Position numbers and translations under genes: made by a program. This document shows, piece after piece, positions 17,018 to 26,283 of a DNA stretch of 64,000 nt (position 1 is the first letter of the stretch; every line of letters begins with the position of its first letter). The stretch lies in assembly GCA_963677895.2 (NCBI GenBank), contig CAXXGJ010000025.1, forward strand, positions 313,181-377,180, in the 5' to 3' direction. The notes under the pieces are model-generated. The model did no database searches. It was not told the DNA's origin and saw only the letters and a program-made list of their open reading frames with translations. The stretch is from Treponemataceae bacterium. Lineage in GTDB: Bacteria; Spirochaetota; Spirochaetia; Treponematales; Rectinemataceae.

Positions 17018-18064
17018 TCAAGATCTGCGGCTGTCGGCGCAGAAAGAGGCCAGAAGCGAAATCACCTTATCAATATGTTCCTTTTTTATCCAGTAGTGGG
17101 CGACAAAACGGGCCAGAGCGCCCTCCGGAGGGCTGATCCTGACGCCCTCCCCCTCCATGTAGGAAGCCAAGGCCTTCCCGTCCACCCAGGAAGGCAGCCT
17201 GAAGAAGACCATGTTGATGTCGAGGGCGTCTTCCTCGACGCTGAAACCGGGCAGGCCGGCCAATTTCGCGGCCATGTAGCGCGCGTTTTCGTGGTCTTCC
17301 CCGAGGCGCGTCGTCATTTCGCGCAGCGCGATAATGCCGGCCGCGGCGATAATGCCGGCCTGCCTCATGCCGCCGCCCATGATCTTCCTCTTGCGGCGCG
17401 CCCTGTCTATGAAGGTTTTCGGACCGGCGAGCATCGACCCGACGGGAGCGCATAGCCCCTTGGACAGGCAGAACATCACCGAATCGACTTGGGCGGCGAT
17501 GGCGGCGGCGGGTACGCCCAGCGAGGCGGCCGCGTTGAAAAGCCTCGCGCCGTCCAGATGGATGGGCAAGCCCTTCGCCAGGGCGAGGGCGGAAATCTCT
17601 TTCATATATGAAATGGGAATGACCCTTCCGGAGGAATGGGCGTTCTCGAGGCAGATAAGCGACGTGGGAGGATAGTGTATATCGTCGCCGCGAATGCGCG
17701 CTTCGATGGCTTCGGGCGGAAGGATTCCCTTGGGAGCGTCGACGGGACGAGTCTGGACACCGGCGATGATGGAGGCCGCTCCCGCCTCGTGCTGGATGAT
17801 ATGGCACTGCTCTCCCAGAATCACTTCGCTGCCCCTGGGGCACCAGGTAAAGAGGGCCAGTTGGTTGCCGAAGGTCCCTGTCGGGACAAAAAGGGCGGCT
17901 TCCTTGCCGACGAGCTTGGCCGCGAGCGTTTCAAGCTCGTTCACGGTAGGATCGTCGCCGTAGACATCGTCGCCCACGGGCGCTTCGGCCATGGCCGCCC
18001 TCATGGCCTTGGTCGGCCAGGTAACCGTATCGCTCCTGAGGTCTATGTATTGCATGCTGTACAT
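17018..18064 (-). CDS. ltaE: Low-specificity L-threonine aldolase
   Basis: IDLRSDTVT, HLDGARLFNA and SKGLCAPVGS. Confidence 0.95.
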   Translation of the reverse strand: MYSMQYIDLRSDTVTWPTKAMRAAMAEAPVGDDVYGDDPTVNELETLAAKLVGKEAALFVPTGTFGNQLALFTWCPRGSEVILGEQCHIIQHEAGAASIIAGVQTRPVDAPKGILPPEAIEARIRGDDIHYPPTSLICLENAHSSGRVIPISYMKEISALALAKGLPIHLDGARLFNAAASLGVPAAAIAAQVDSVMFCLSKGLCAPVGSMLAGPKTFIDRARRKRKIMGGGMRQAGIIAAAGIIALREMTTRLGEDHENARYMAAKLAGLPGFSVEEDALDINMVFFRLPSWVDGKALASYMEGEGVRISPPEGALARFVAHYWIKKEHIDKVISLLASFCADSRRS

Positions 18065-18127
18065 CCTTTCCCACAGAATAGCAGGCTTCCCATAGTGTTA
18101 TCAAGCTTGCGCGATTATGATATATCA

Positions 18128-18964
18128 ATGCCAATGAATATCAAGCTTATCGCCCTCGATCTCGACGACACCCTACTGAAGTCCGACCTGAGCATCTCGG
18201 AAGCCAACAGGCTCGCCATACTGGAGGCCGAGAAAAAAGGCATTGAACTCGTCCTCGCCTCCGGACGCAATTATTTCGCCATGAAGAAATATATAGAATT
18301 CCTCGGGCTGGACAGGCCGGGCAACTTCCTCATCTGCTCGAACGGCGCCGAGATCCTCGAAGCCGAATCGGGAAAAACGAAGGACAGGCTTACCCTTTCG
18401 GAGGCTTTCTGCCACGAGGCGGCGAAGAACATCGAAGCCCATGGTTTCCACTGGCAAGTGTATATGGACGGGAAAATCTACTGCGACGAGCTGAACCCCT
18501 GGGCCTTCCTCGACGAACGTCTCTCGGGCCAGCCGGCCACGCTGGCGCCTCCCAAGGATCTATTGTTCCGCGACGGCCAGCTCAAGTTCGTCATCCCGGG
18601 GGAAACCGAGCGCATCGCCGCGCTCTACGCGGAATTCGCGGAATATTATAGGGGGAAGGCTGAAGTCATGACCTCCAAGCCCTACTTCCTGGAAATCCTG
18701 CCCCTGGGCGCCGACAAGGGCTCGGCGCTGAGGCGCCTGGCGTCCATGCTCGGCCTCCCCATGGAATCGGTGATGGCCATTGGCGACGCGATGAACGATT
18801 TCAGCATGATAAAGGCCGCCGGCTGGGGCTGCGCCCCCGCCAACGCCATGGACGAGATCAAGGCGATCGCCCGCGTCGTGTCGAAAAAAACGAACGAGGA
18901 AGACGCCGTCGCCGACCTTATTTCTTCGATCGCGCTCGGGAAAGGCCATCCAGAAACAGCATGA
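18128..18964 (+). CDS. Cof-type HAD-IIB hydrolase
   Basis: DLDDTLL, ASGR, KGSAL and GDAMND. The start is trimmed from the longer ORF-track call. Confidence 0.92.
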   Translation: MPMNIKLIALDLDDTLLKSDLSISEANRLAILEAEKKGIELVLASGRNYFAMKKYIEFLGLDRPGNFLICSNGAEILEAESGKTKDRLTLSEAFCHEAAKNIEAHGFHWQVYMDGKIYCDELNPWAFLDERLSGQPATLAPPKDLLFRDGQLKFVIPGETERIAALYAEFAEYYRGKAEVMTSKPYFLEILPLGADKGSALRRLASMLGLPMESVMAIGDAMNDFSMIKAAGWGCAPANAMDEIKAIARVVSKKTNEEDAVADLISSIALGKGHPETA

Positions 18965-19712
18965 GGCGATGCTGGACGCCTTCGAAATACTCATCCTGAA
19001 GGGCTGCCGCGGTTTCCCCGATGAAGCGGTAATGCCAGCTTTCCCAGACATAGCCGGTCACCGTCTCCATGCCTTCGGGATAGGAAAGCGAAAAGCCGAA
19101 GCGCCCCGCGTTGGCCTTCATCCATCTTCCCGCGTCGGTCTTCGCGAAGTCGTCGGTGATGGAGCCGAAATCGGCGGCAGTGCCGAGCTGGTGCTGGCTC
19201 GCGCCGGGTACGGCGGAGACCCTGGCCGCTTCCTTTTCGCCCATCTCCGCGACATTGCGGGCGAATAGATCTTTCTGGTACGCGTAGCTTCTATAGGCCG
19301 AAGAAACGACAATCGTAATGCCATCGGCTCTGGCCGCCTTATCCATGGCTTTGAGGGCATCGAGCGCCGGCTTCCTGAGCCGGTGGCCCGGCCGGGACAG
19401 CGAGAGGCCTGTATTGTCCAGAACGACGAGGTCGCCTGGTTCGTAGCCGCTCGCGAGACCTTTCTGCTTGTCGGCGCGCGTCAGAAGAAAAGGATCGGCG
19501 GCCATTTCCACCTGGATCGCGTCGATCAGGGCGAAAAAGCGTTCGGGCGAGGCTTCGATCCGTTTGTTGATGGCGGCTGCTGGCGTCGGTTCCATTCCGG
19601 ATGCGGCGACGATGGCTTTCATTTCCTTTATCTTGACGCTTTTGGCCGACTCGCAGCCGGCTACGGAGAGAAAAGCGAGGGTACAGGCGAGGACGAAAAG
19701 GATGGATTTCAT
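18918..19712 (-). CDS. M15B D-Ala-D-Ala carboxypeptidase (VanY-like) lipoprotein
   Basis: Lipobox VAGC, SAYRS, SQHQLGTAAD and ESWHYRF. Confidence 0.9.
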   Translation of the reverse strand: MKSILFVLACTLAFLSVAGCESAKSVKIKEMKAIVAASGMEPTPAAAINKRIEASPERFFALIDAIQVEMAADPFLLTRADKQKGLASGYEPGDLVVLDNTGLSLSRPGHRLRKPALDALKAMDKAARADGITIVVSSAYRSYAYQKDLFARNVAEMGEKEAARVSAVPGASQHQLGTAADFGSITDDFAKTDAGRWMKANAGRFGFSLSYPEGMETVTGYVWESWHYRFIGETAAALQDEYFEGVQHRLMLFLDGLSRARSKK

Positions 19713-19813
19713 TGGAAGCAGTATAGCAGAGGCTTCCCTTCATGAGGAATGGCCTTGGCGGTCGGGACGCGGAGCTGTTAGGATGAGGGAATGATAGGGC
19801 ATGAGGAGCGGCG

Positions 19814-20572
19814 ATGACGACTGGGCAATATGGCGAGTTCGACAGGATACGCGGCGAATTCAGGGAATACGTGGCTAGGCTCTCGAACGAAGCCCCATGG
19901 CTGGGCGCCCTGCAGGAGAAACTCCGTCTTTCAATGGGCTACGACGATTACAGCATCGAAACGCCCATAGTCTACAACGAGGCGCTCGACGATATAAGCC
20001 CGCGCGACCAGCCGCGATTCATCGTCGTGGCGGACAATCCGGGAAAAAACGAGCAGAAAGCCGCCAACAGGCGCTACCTCGTGGGACAATCGGGCAAGCT
20101 CGCCCAGGGATGGTTCCTCAAGGAACTGGGCATGGATTTCAGGGCTTCCTCCCTCATCATCAACAAAACGCCCATCCATACGCCCAAAACCGCCGAGATC
20201 GGCCGCATGCGCAAGCTCGCCAAGGACGAGTCCGCGCGACGGGCCGTCGAGCTGGACCGTCTGCTCGACGAGAGCCAGCGCAGGATGGCCCGTTTCGCCT
20301 TCGGGCTCCACGGCTGCCTTGGAGGCGTCCTCTGGGTTTCAGGATATGGCGAATTGAGACCGAAGGGTCTTTTCTCGGCCTGGGCAGAGGAAATCACGAG
20401 CCTTTATGCCGGCGCCAGCCCGGCCTTGCGCGACAGCGTCTGGGTATTCAGGCATTTTTCCATGAACCAATGCGCCATCGAATACAAGCAGTTCGAGGGA
20501 AGTGCCAAGGAACCCATGGCGAAGCTCGCGGCCATCGGCGCGGCGAACAGGAAGCGGATTCTGGGCTGGTGA
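19814..20572 (+). CDS. Hypothetical protein, possibly a divergent uracil-DNA glycosylase superfamily member
   Basis: AGGAG SD. VVADNPGKNE...YLVGQSG resembles UDG motif A. Confidence 0.6.
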   Translation: MTTGQYGEFDRIRGEFREYVARLSNEAPWLGALQEKLRLSMGYDDYSIETPIVYNEALDDISPRDQPRFIVVADNPGKNEQKAANRRYLVGQSGKLAQGWFLKELGMDFRASSLIINKTPIHTPKTAEIGRMRKLAKDESARRAVELDRLLDESQRRMARFAFGLHGCLGGVLWVSGYGELRPKGLFSAWAEEITSLYAGASPALRDSVWVFRHFSMNQCAIEYKQFEGSAKEPMAKLAAIGAANRKRILGW

Positions 20573-20632
20573 GCGGCCGGGGCCGCGGCCCCGGCGAGGC
20601 GATCGAGGTCCGGCGAGCCGGCCCCGGCCGCC

Positions 20633-21673
20633 TCACCACCAGTTCAGCACATCTTCGGCGAAGCCGAGGAAGCGGTCGACCTTCAGGACTCGGCCGTCAT
20701 CCAAGATGACCTTGCCGGTAAAATAGCCGAAAACCTGATGCTGCACGGATTTTATCAGAAGGAGATCGGTGGCGCTGTTCCTGTCCACGATGGGCTCGAA
20801 ATCCATCTCGAAGCGTCCATCGGAACTTTCGAATTTCCAGGGGGCGAGATAGTCCGCCGTGTCGATGCGGAAGGTAACCTCCTCCAGCTTGTGGGCGCGT
20901 CCTCCGTAGAACAGCATGTTTTCCGAGGCGGGACTCCGGTCCGAAAAGCCGTAGCCGATATTCCAGCCGAAGGGAAGGCCGTCCAGGAGCCCCGACGCCG
21001 AGCCCCAGTACCAGCGATTCTTGTAGGTCCAGACGCCCCTGCCCCAATCGAGCCCTGCGAAAGCCGAGTCGGGCGCGAATGGATAGCTCCGCGAGCCTAG
21101 CTTTACGCTGCCGCTCGCCGGCATGCAGTTTATCTTCCTGTTGTAATAAAAAGCGCGGCGATTTTCCTTCCAGGAGGTGGCGATGTTCATGCTGTCGGCG
21201 TCGGGCGGCTGATCCAGGATCAGTTCGGCCTCGAGCCCTCTCGCGCCGTCGGGAGCCACGAAACCGGGACAGGAGGCGGAAATCCGCCGCTTGCCCTTCT
21301 CCATCGAGAAGGCGATGGAGAGTTTGCCGCTTTCGTGCCTGATGAGCCCTTCATCGGAACCTTCCGGAAATCCCGTCTTCCCTAGAGGCATGAAGTTCAT
21401 ATCCTGGAACTGGGCGACTTTTCCCGAGGCGAAGTCCAGCCAGGCTACGGCGAAAAGCCCCAGATAGCCGAGATCGGATATCGTGAAGGTGATGCCGTAT
21501 TTCCCGTCGTGGGAAATCACGTAGTAATAGTCCCATTCCTTGAGCCGCAGGGCTGATGCCGACACTTTCGACCTGTCGTAGCGCCAGAACGGCTGTCTCG
21601 CCCAACCTTCCTCGATGAGTCGCCCATCTTCCCCGAGAAGCTCCAGCGGACGGACGATTTCCTTTTGCGTCAT
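20633..21673 (-). CDS. DUF2804-like protein
   Basis: Aromatic-rich, with KEWDYY, DWGRGVW, WYWGSASG and HQVFGYFTG. Confidence 0.75.
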   Translation of the reverse strand: MTQKEIVRPLELLGEDGRLIEEGWARQPFWRYDRSKVSASALRLKEWDYYYVISHDGKYGITFTISDLGYLGLFAVAWLDFASGKVAQFQDMNFMPLGKTGFPEGSDEGLIRHESGKLSIAFSMEKGKRRISASCPGFVAPDGARGLEAELILDQPPDADSMNIATSWKENRRAFYYNRKINCMPASGSVKLGSRSYPFAPDSAFAGLDWGRGVWTYKNRWYWGSASGLLDGLPFGWNIGYGFSDRSPASENMLFYGGRAHKLEEVTFRIDTADYLAPWKFESSDGRFEMDFEPIVDRNSATDLLLIKSVQHQVFGYFTGKVILDDGRVLKVDRFLGFAEDVLNWW

Positions 21674-21704
21674 GAATTCCTCCTCGTTTGGCTTTGTCTG
21701 GCCA

Positions 21705-22757
21705 TCAGCGAACCGTCGACAGGATCCAGTCGCCCAGCGCGGCGAGCGCTTCGGGGGCGAAGGTTTCGGAAATAGCCGCGTATTCGTTGGGCAGGCCCGT
21801 TACGGCATGCTGGAACAGGTGATTCAGTCCTTCGAGCTCGAGAAGGCTGTAGTTTTTGTTGCCGGCCGCGTCCAGGGCAAGCCCGATTGCCTTAAGGTTT
21901 TCGCCCGCGGGCACCTGCAGGTCCTTCGTGCCGTTCATGGCGAGCAGGGGAATTCTCAGCGCGGAAAGCGCGGCTGAGGGGTCGAGCGCAAGAAAAACCT
22001 TGATCCAGGGACTCAAGAGCTGACCCGCAATGATTCCCGCCGTCTTGCCGTCCACAGCCGCCGGCAGCGCCGAAATAATTTTCGCCTTCTTCTCTGTATC
22101 GTCTCCCTGCTCCATGGCGATGGCATAGAGTCTGGCATTGAGGAGGTTGGCTTCTTTGATCGTGTTTTCATCCAAGCCTGAAGCCTCGGCGAGGGCTCTG
22201 TTCTGCGAAAGCAGGAGCTTGTCGCCCCTTATGCCCGGTCCCGCCAGCATGACGACGAAGGAAACGGCGGGATCGCTCGATCCCAGCAGGGCGGCGATGA
22301 TGGCTCCTTCGCTGTGTCCGACGACCCCGACTTTGGTTGGATCGATCTCCGGCCTGGTTGATAGAAAGGCCACGGCCGCCCGGGCATCGGCGGCGAAATC
22401 ATAGGTCGTCGCCGCGGCGAAATTCCCGCTCGAACCGCCGACGCCCCTGTCGTCGTAACGCAGGGCCGCTACGCCCCGCCGCGCCAAGTAATCGGCTATG
22501 ACAAAAAATGGCTTGTGCCCCATTATTTCTTCGTCTCGGTTTTGGGGTCCCGATCCGGAGACGAGGATGACGGCGGGGAAAGGCCCTTTTCCCAGCGGAA
22601 GCGTGAGCGTGCCGGAAAGCCGTATGCCTGCCGCCTGATTCGTGAATTCCACGTCCTGGGCGGATTGGGGCGATACGGATTGGGCCAAGGCGGGCACGAT
22701 GGCCGCAAAACCCATGACAAGTAAAATGGCTATCCTTTTTATTGATGTAATTTTCAT
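21705..22757 (-). CDS. Secreted alpha/beta hydrolase (serine peptidase/esterase)
   Basis: Signal peptide, SGSGPQNRDE, GHSEG nucleophile, DLQV and NHLFQ. Confidence 0.9.
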   Translation of the reverse strand: MKITSIKRIAILLVMGFAAIVPALAQSVSPQSAQDVEFTNQAAGIRLSGTLTLPLGKGPFPAVILVSGSGPQNRDEEIMGHKPFFVIADYLARRGVAALRYDDRGVGGSSGNFAAATTYDFAADARAAVAFLSTRPEIDPTKVGVVGHSEGAIIAALLGSSDPAVSFVVMLAGPGIRGDKLLLSQNRALAEASGLDENTIKEANLLNARLYAIAMEQGDDTEKKAKIISALPAAVDGKTAGIIAGQLLSPWIKVFLALDPSAALSALRIPLLAMNGTKDLQVPAGENLKAIGLALDAAGNKNYSLLELEGLNHLFQHAVTGLPNEYAAISETFAPEALAALGDWILSTVR

Positions 22758-22796
22758 GCGCCTATTGTGACGCATAACTCAGCCCGTCGCAAGAAA

Positions 22797-22821
22797 GCCG
22801 CCGCCATTATTCGGCGGCGGC
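22797..22821 (-). terminator. Terminator of the nfeD-SPFH operon
   Basis: GCCGCCGCC/GGCGGCGGC 9-bp stem followed by TTTCTT on the minus strand. Confidence 0.65.
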
Positions 22822-22858
22822 GAGGATCTTTCAGGAAATGATCATCGACAAGGGGCGT

Positions 22859-23779
22859 TCACTTTCCCAGAAGCTTGTCCGTGTGCCTCGTGATGGCCGC
22901 GGGATCGGCCAGGTCGAGGGGAAGAATAATCTTCGTGCCAGGGGCGGCGAGACCATTGAGAGCGTCGATATAGGCCTCGGCCACCCTGAGCGAAGCCGCG
23001 TCGGCGCCGTTGGGAAGGGACACGGCCTTGGCGATCGTCTCGATGGACTCGGCTGTGGCCCTCGCGACCGCCAGAATCTCGGCGGCATGACCTTCGGCCT
23101 CGTTGATGGCGCGCTGCTTTTCCCCCGTGCTCTTGTTGACGGCTTCTTCCATGCTGGCCATGGAGTAGTTGATCTTGCTTTCCATCACGCCGAGACTTTT
23201 GGCGATCTCAGCGCGTTTGTCGCGTTCCGCCTTCATCTGCAGTTCCATCGATTTGAGCACCGTGTCCGGCACCTGGATATTCTGTATCTCATAACGCGTC
23301 ACCTTGACGCCCCAGGGCGCGGCGGCCTCGTCCAGCGCCCGCACGACCGAGGCGTTGATGGCGCCGCGCTCCTCGAAGGTGCGATCGAGCTCCAGCTTGC
23401 CGATGACGGCCCTGATGGTCGTCTGGGCGAGGAATATGCAGGCGAGGTGATAGTCGGTGACGCCGTAGCTCGCCCGTTTCGCGTCCATGACGCGAAGGTA
23501 GAGGACACCGTCCACGTGAACCTTGACGTTGTCGGCGGTAAAACATTCCTGGGAGGGCACGTCGACGGCTTGTTCCTTGAGGGTATGCTTGTATGCCACG
23601 CGGTCGATGAAAGGCATGAGGATGTGGAATCCCGCGTCGAGGCTGGAGGAATAGCGTCCGAGGCGCTCGACGATGCTTGTCGACTGGGCTGGGATGATGC
23701 GAATCGAACGGACAAGCTGGATGACGATAAGGAGGCCGAAGGCGCCCGTTATGATGAATAAAGGAAAGAGCGGATTCAT
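22859..23779 (-). CDS. SPFH/band-7 (stomatin/QmcA-like) protein
   Basis: N-terminal TM, VERLGRY, WGVKVTRYEI and MKAERDKRA. Confidence 0.92.
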   Translation of the reverse strand: MNPLFPLFIITGAFGLLIVIQLVRSIRIIPAQSTSIVERLGRYSSSLDAGFHILMPFIDRVAYKHTLKEQAVDVPSQECFTADNVKVHVDGVLYLRVMDAKRASYGVTDYHLACIFLAQTTIRAVIGKLELDRTFEERGAINASVVRALDEAAAPWGVKVTRYEIQNIQVPDTVLKSMELQMKAERDKRAEIAKSLGVMESKINYSMASMEEAVNKSTGEKQRAINEAEGHAAEILAVARATAESIETIAKAVSLPNGADAASLRVAEAYIDALNGLAAPGTKIILPLDLADPAAITRHTDKLLGK

Positions 23780-24786
23780 TGCGCATCTCCTTGGCGCGCT
23801 GAGCTTTTCATGCCCGCGGGACGCGTCGCCATAGCCATCTCCCTCGCGCGGTCCGGCGTGGGAAGCGAAGGCAGGAGCTCGGCCTTCTGCAAGCCGAGAA
23901 TATCGGTCAGGCCACGAAGCTCGGCAAGTTTTTCAGGAAGCACCTGCGTGCTCGCCGAACCGAGGATTCGTTCGAGTCTTTCGATGTATTGATCCGCGAG
24001 GCGCAGCGTCATCGCCGACTTGCCCCCGGGCGAGGAAAGCGCCTTGGCGATGAGCCCCAGCCCCTCGGCGGTCGCGTCGCTCACTATCTTGATCGCGCTA
24101 GCCTTGCCGTCCGCCTTATTGATCGTACGCGTCCTCTCGCCGAGCGAAATGTTGATCGCTTCCTCTCGTTCGCCTTTGGAGACATTGATGCGGCTCTCCT
24201 TCACGCCCTCGCTGGCGAGAATCTCGGCCCGTTTTTCCCGCTCGGCTCGCATCTGCCTTTCCATGGCTTCCGTGATGACCTCGCTCGGCGTGATGGAACG
24301 GACTTCATAGCGCGTAACCTTGATGCCCCAGGGATCGGTCGCCTCGTCCACGGCCTTCACGATATTGTCATTGATGACCTCTCGCTCGGCGAAGCTCTTG
24401 TCGAGCTCGATCTTGCCGATCTCGGAGCGCATCGTCGTCTTGGCGAGCTGAACGGTGGCGAAGCGGTAATCGTCGATGCCGTAGCTCGCGAGGACGGGAT
24501 CGAAAATCTTGTAGTACAGGATGCCGTCGACCGTTACCTGGACGTTGTCCGACGTGATGCATACCTGCGGCTCCACGTCGATCACGTCCTCCTTGAGCTG
24601 ATGTCTGTAGGCAACCCGCTCCACGAAGGGTATGCGGAGATGAAGCCCCGAGCCGAGGGTCTTCCGGTACTTGCCGAGCATCTCCACGACATAGGCTTTC
24701 TGCTCGGGCACAATGATGATGAAACGGAAGAGCGCCAGGATCGCCGCCAAGGCAAGGGCATAGGCGAGAATGATACCAACCATCAC
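23776..24786 (-). CDS. SPFH/band-7 (stomatin/QmcA-like) protein, second paralogue
   Basis: QVCITSDNV, WGIKVTRYEV and QMRAEREKRA. Confidence 0.92.
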   Translation of the reverse strand: MMVGIILAYALALAAILALFRFIIIVPEQKAYVVEMLGKYRKTLGSGLHLRIPFVERVAYRHQLKEDVIDVEPQVCITSDNVQVTVDGILYYKIFDPVLASYGIDDYRFATVQLAKTTMRSEIGKIELDKSFAEREVINDNIVKAVDEATDPWGIKVTRYEVRSITPSEVITEAMERQMRAEREKRAEILASEGVKESRINVSKGEREEAINISLGERTRTINKADGKASAIKIVSDATAEGLGLIAKALSSPGGKSAMTLRLADQYIERLERILGSASTQVLPEKLAELRGLTDILGLQKAELLPSLPTPDRAREMAMATRPAGMKSSARQGDAQ

Positions 24787-25304
24787 CGATCCTCCTTGAG
24801 GTCCGCCGCGTTCGCGGAATCCTTGTCAGGCAATCGCCGCCCATCCTCGTCCGGATCGAGGAAGTCCTTGGTCACGACGAGGCTCAAGCCTTCACGCGAG
24901 ACGACTCTCACGGTCCGCCCCGGCTCGAGCGTCTCGAGGTAGGAGACGGCCTTCCAACTTGTCCCATGGAAGCGAACGCGCCCCGGGGAATCGGGGCCGA
25001 TCCGCTCCGTCACCTCGGCCGCCTCGCCGGAAAGAGACTCGATCTCCTCTCCTTCGCGATAAAATGCCGTGCCCTTCAGGAGCCGCTTGAAACGCTTGCG
25101 GAGGAAGATTAAGGACATAAGGCTTGAAGCTGTCCAGAAAAGAGCCTGGATCGCTGGGCTAGAGGCAAAAGGAGGCAGGACGCAGAGTATGGAGGTCGCG
25201 ATGGCTCCCAATCCGAAAAAGATAATGGCGATGCCGGGGATGAAGGTTTCGGCGCCAACGAGGGCAAGGCCGAGGAGAGCCCACCAAAACCAGGGACCAA
25301 ACAT
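24783..25304 (-). CDS. NfeD-like membrane protein
   Basis: TM N-terminus, OB-fold motif GRVRFHGTSWKA, GGAGG SD, adjacent to the SPFH genes. Confidence 0.88.
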   Translation of the reverse strand: MFGPWFWWALLGLALVGAETFIPGIAIIFFGLGAIATSILCVLPPFASSPAIQALFWTASSLMSLIFLRKRFKRLLKGTAFYREGEEIESLSGEAAEVTERIGPDSPGRVRFHGTSWKAVSYLETLEPGRTVRVVSREGLSLVVTKDFLDPDEDGRRLPDKDSANAADLKEDR

Positions 25305-25430
25305 AGACGAATGCCTCCAAAACCGCAAAAAGCCCGCGCTTATTCGGCGCATCCAGTAATCACAAGATACGCGCAGCTGCCCCGCCGGTCAAGTTGCCCG
25401 ACATCATCCGGCCTTTCGATACGGCCTCCC

Positions 25431-25459
25431 TTGACCGGGAAGCCGGGGCCCCTTACGCT
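25431..25459 (+). promoter_or_regulatory. Promoter for the SDR gene, probably leaderless
   Basis: TTGACC-17 bp-TACGCT-6 bp-ATG with no SD. Confidence 0.6.
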
Positions 25460-25465
25460 TCCGGA

Positions 25466-26269
25466 ATGAAGGCATACCCTCTCCTCGGCAAAGTACTATG
25501 GATCACGGGGGCTTCCTCGGGAATCGGCGAGGCCATGGCGCTGGAGGCGGCAAAGCGCGGCGCACTCCTCATCCTGTCGGGGCGCGGCGAAAAAGCGCTC
25601 GAGGCGGTTGCCGCCGCCTGTCCTTCCGGCTCGACCGCCGTGCTGGCCTTCGACCTGGCCGACAAGGCGCGGCGCCGGGAAGCCGCGGCCAAAGCGACCG
25701 ATTTTTTCGGCCGCGTCGACTGCCTTGTCCTCAACGCTGGCGTCAGCCAACGTTCCCGTTTCGAGAGCAGCTCCACCGAAGTCTTCGACCTGATCATGGA
25801 GACCAATTTCGCGGCATCCGTCGATCTGACCCGGATTTTGCTCCCCGAAATGGCGAAAAGGAATTCGGGATGCGTCGTCTGCGTCTCGAGCGTGGCCGGC
25901 CTCATGGGCGCGCCATGGCGCACGGCTTATTCAGCCTCGAAACACGCGCTCGGCGGATTTTTCGCTTCGCTGAGGGCCGAACTTCAAGGAAAAAAGATCC
26001 AGATCACCATGGTATTCCCCGGATTCGTGCGCACCAATATTTCCGTCAACGCCCTGGAGGGCGACGGCGGCAAGCACGGCATCCTCGATCCCCTGCAGAA
26101 GAACGGCCAGGATCCCGCGGTTACCGCCCGCGTCATCCTCGACGGAATCGAAGGCGGAAGAGCGGAGATCAAGGTTGCCTTCGACGCCAAAGCCAGGCTC
26201 GGCCTTTTTCTTTCCCGGCACTTCCCCGCCCTTTTCGCGAAAACCATAGCCCGACAGGGCGGGCTCTAA
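25466..26269 (+). CDS. Short-chain dehydrogenase/reductase (DHRS7-like)
   Basis: WITGASSGIG, NAGVSQRS and YSASK. Confidence 0.92.
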   Translation: MKAYPLLGKVLWITGASSGIGEAMALEAAKRGALLILSGRGEKALEAVAAACPSGSTAVLAFDLADKARRREAAAKATDFFGRVDCLVLNAGVSQRSRFESSSTEVFDLIMETNFAASVDLTRILLPEMAKRNSGCVVCVSSVAGLMGAPWRTAYSASKHALGGFFASLRAELQGKKIQITMVFPGFVRTNISVNALEGDGGKHGILDPLQKNGQDPAVTARVILDGIEGGRAEIKVAFDAKARLGLFLSRHFPALFAKTIARQGGL

Positions 26270-26283
26270 AGCAGGAGACAGTC

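Noticed and set aside
17636..18127. N-terminal extension of the HAD ORF
   Set aside because: It overlaps ltaE antisense, and the DxD motif marks the true N-terminus.
18918..19712. Vancomycin-resistance gene
   Set aside because: It is a lone VanY-family peptidase with no vanHAX/RS, so a housekeeping role is more likely.
25498..26283. Apparent 644-aa fusion ORF
   Set aside because: The N-terminal part is an off-frame read-through overlapping the SDR. The real gene starts at 26284 after an SD.
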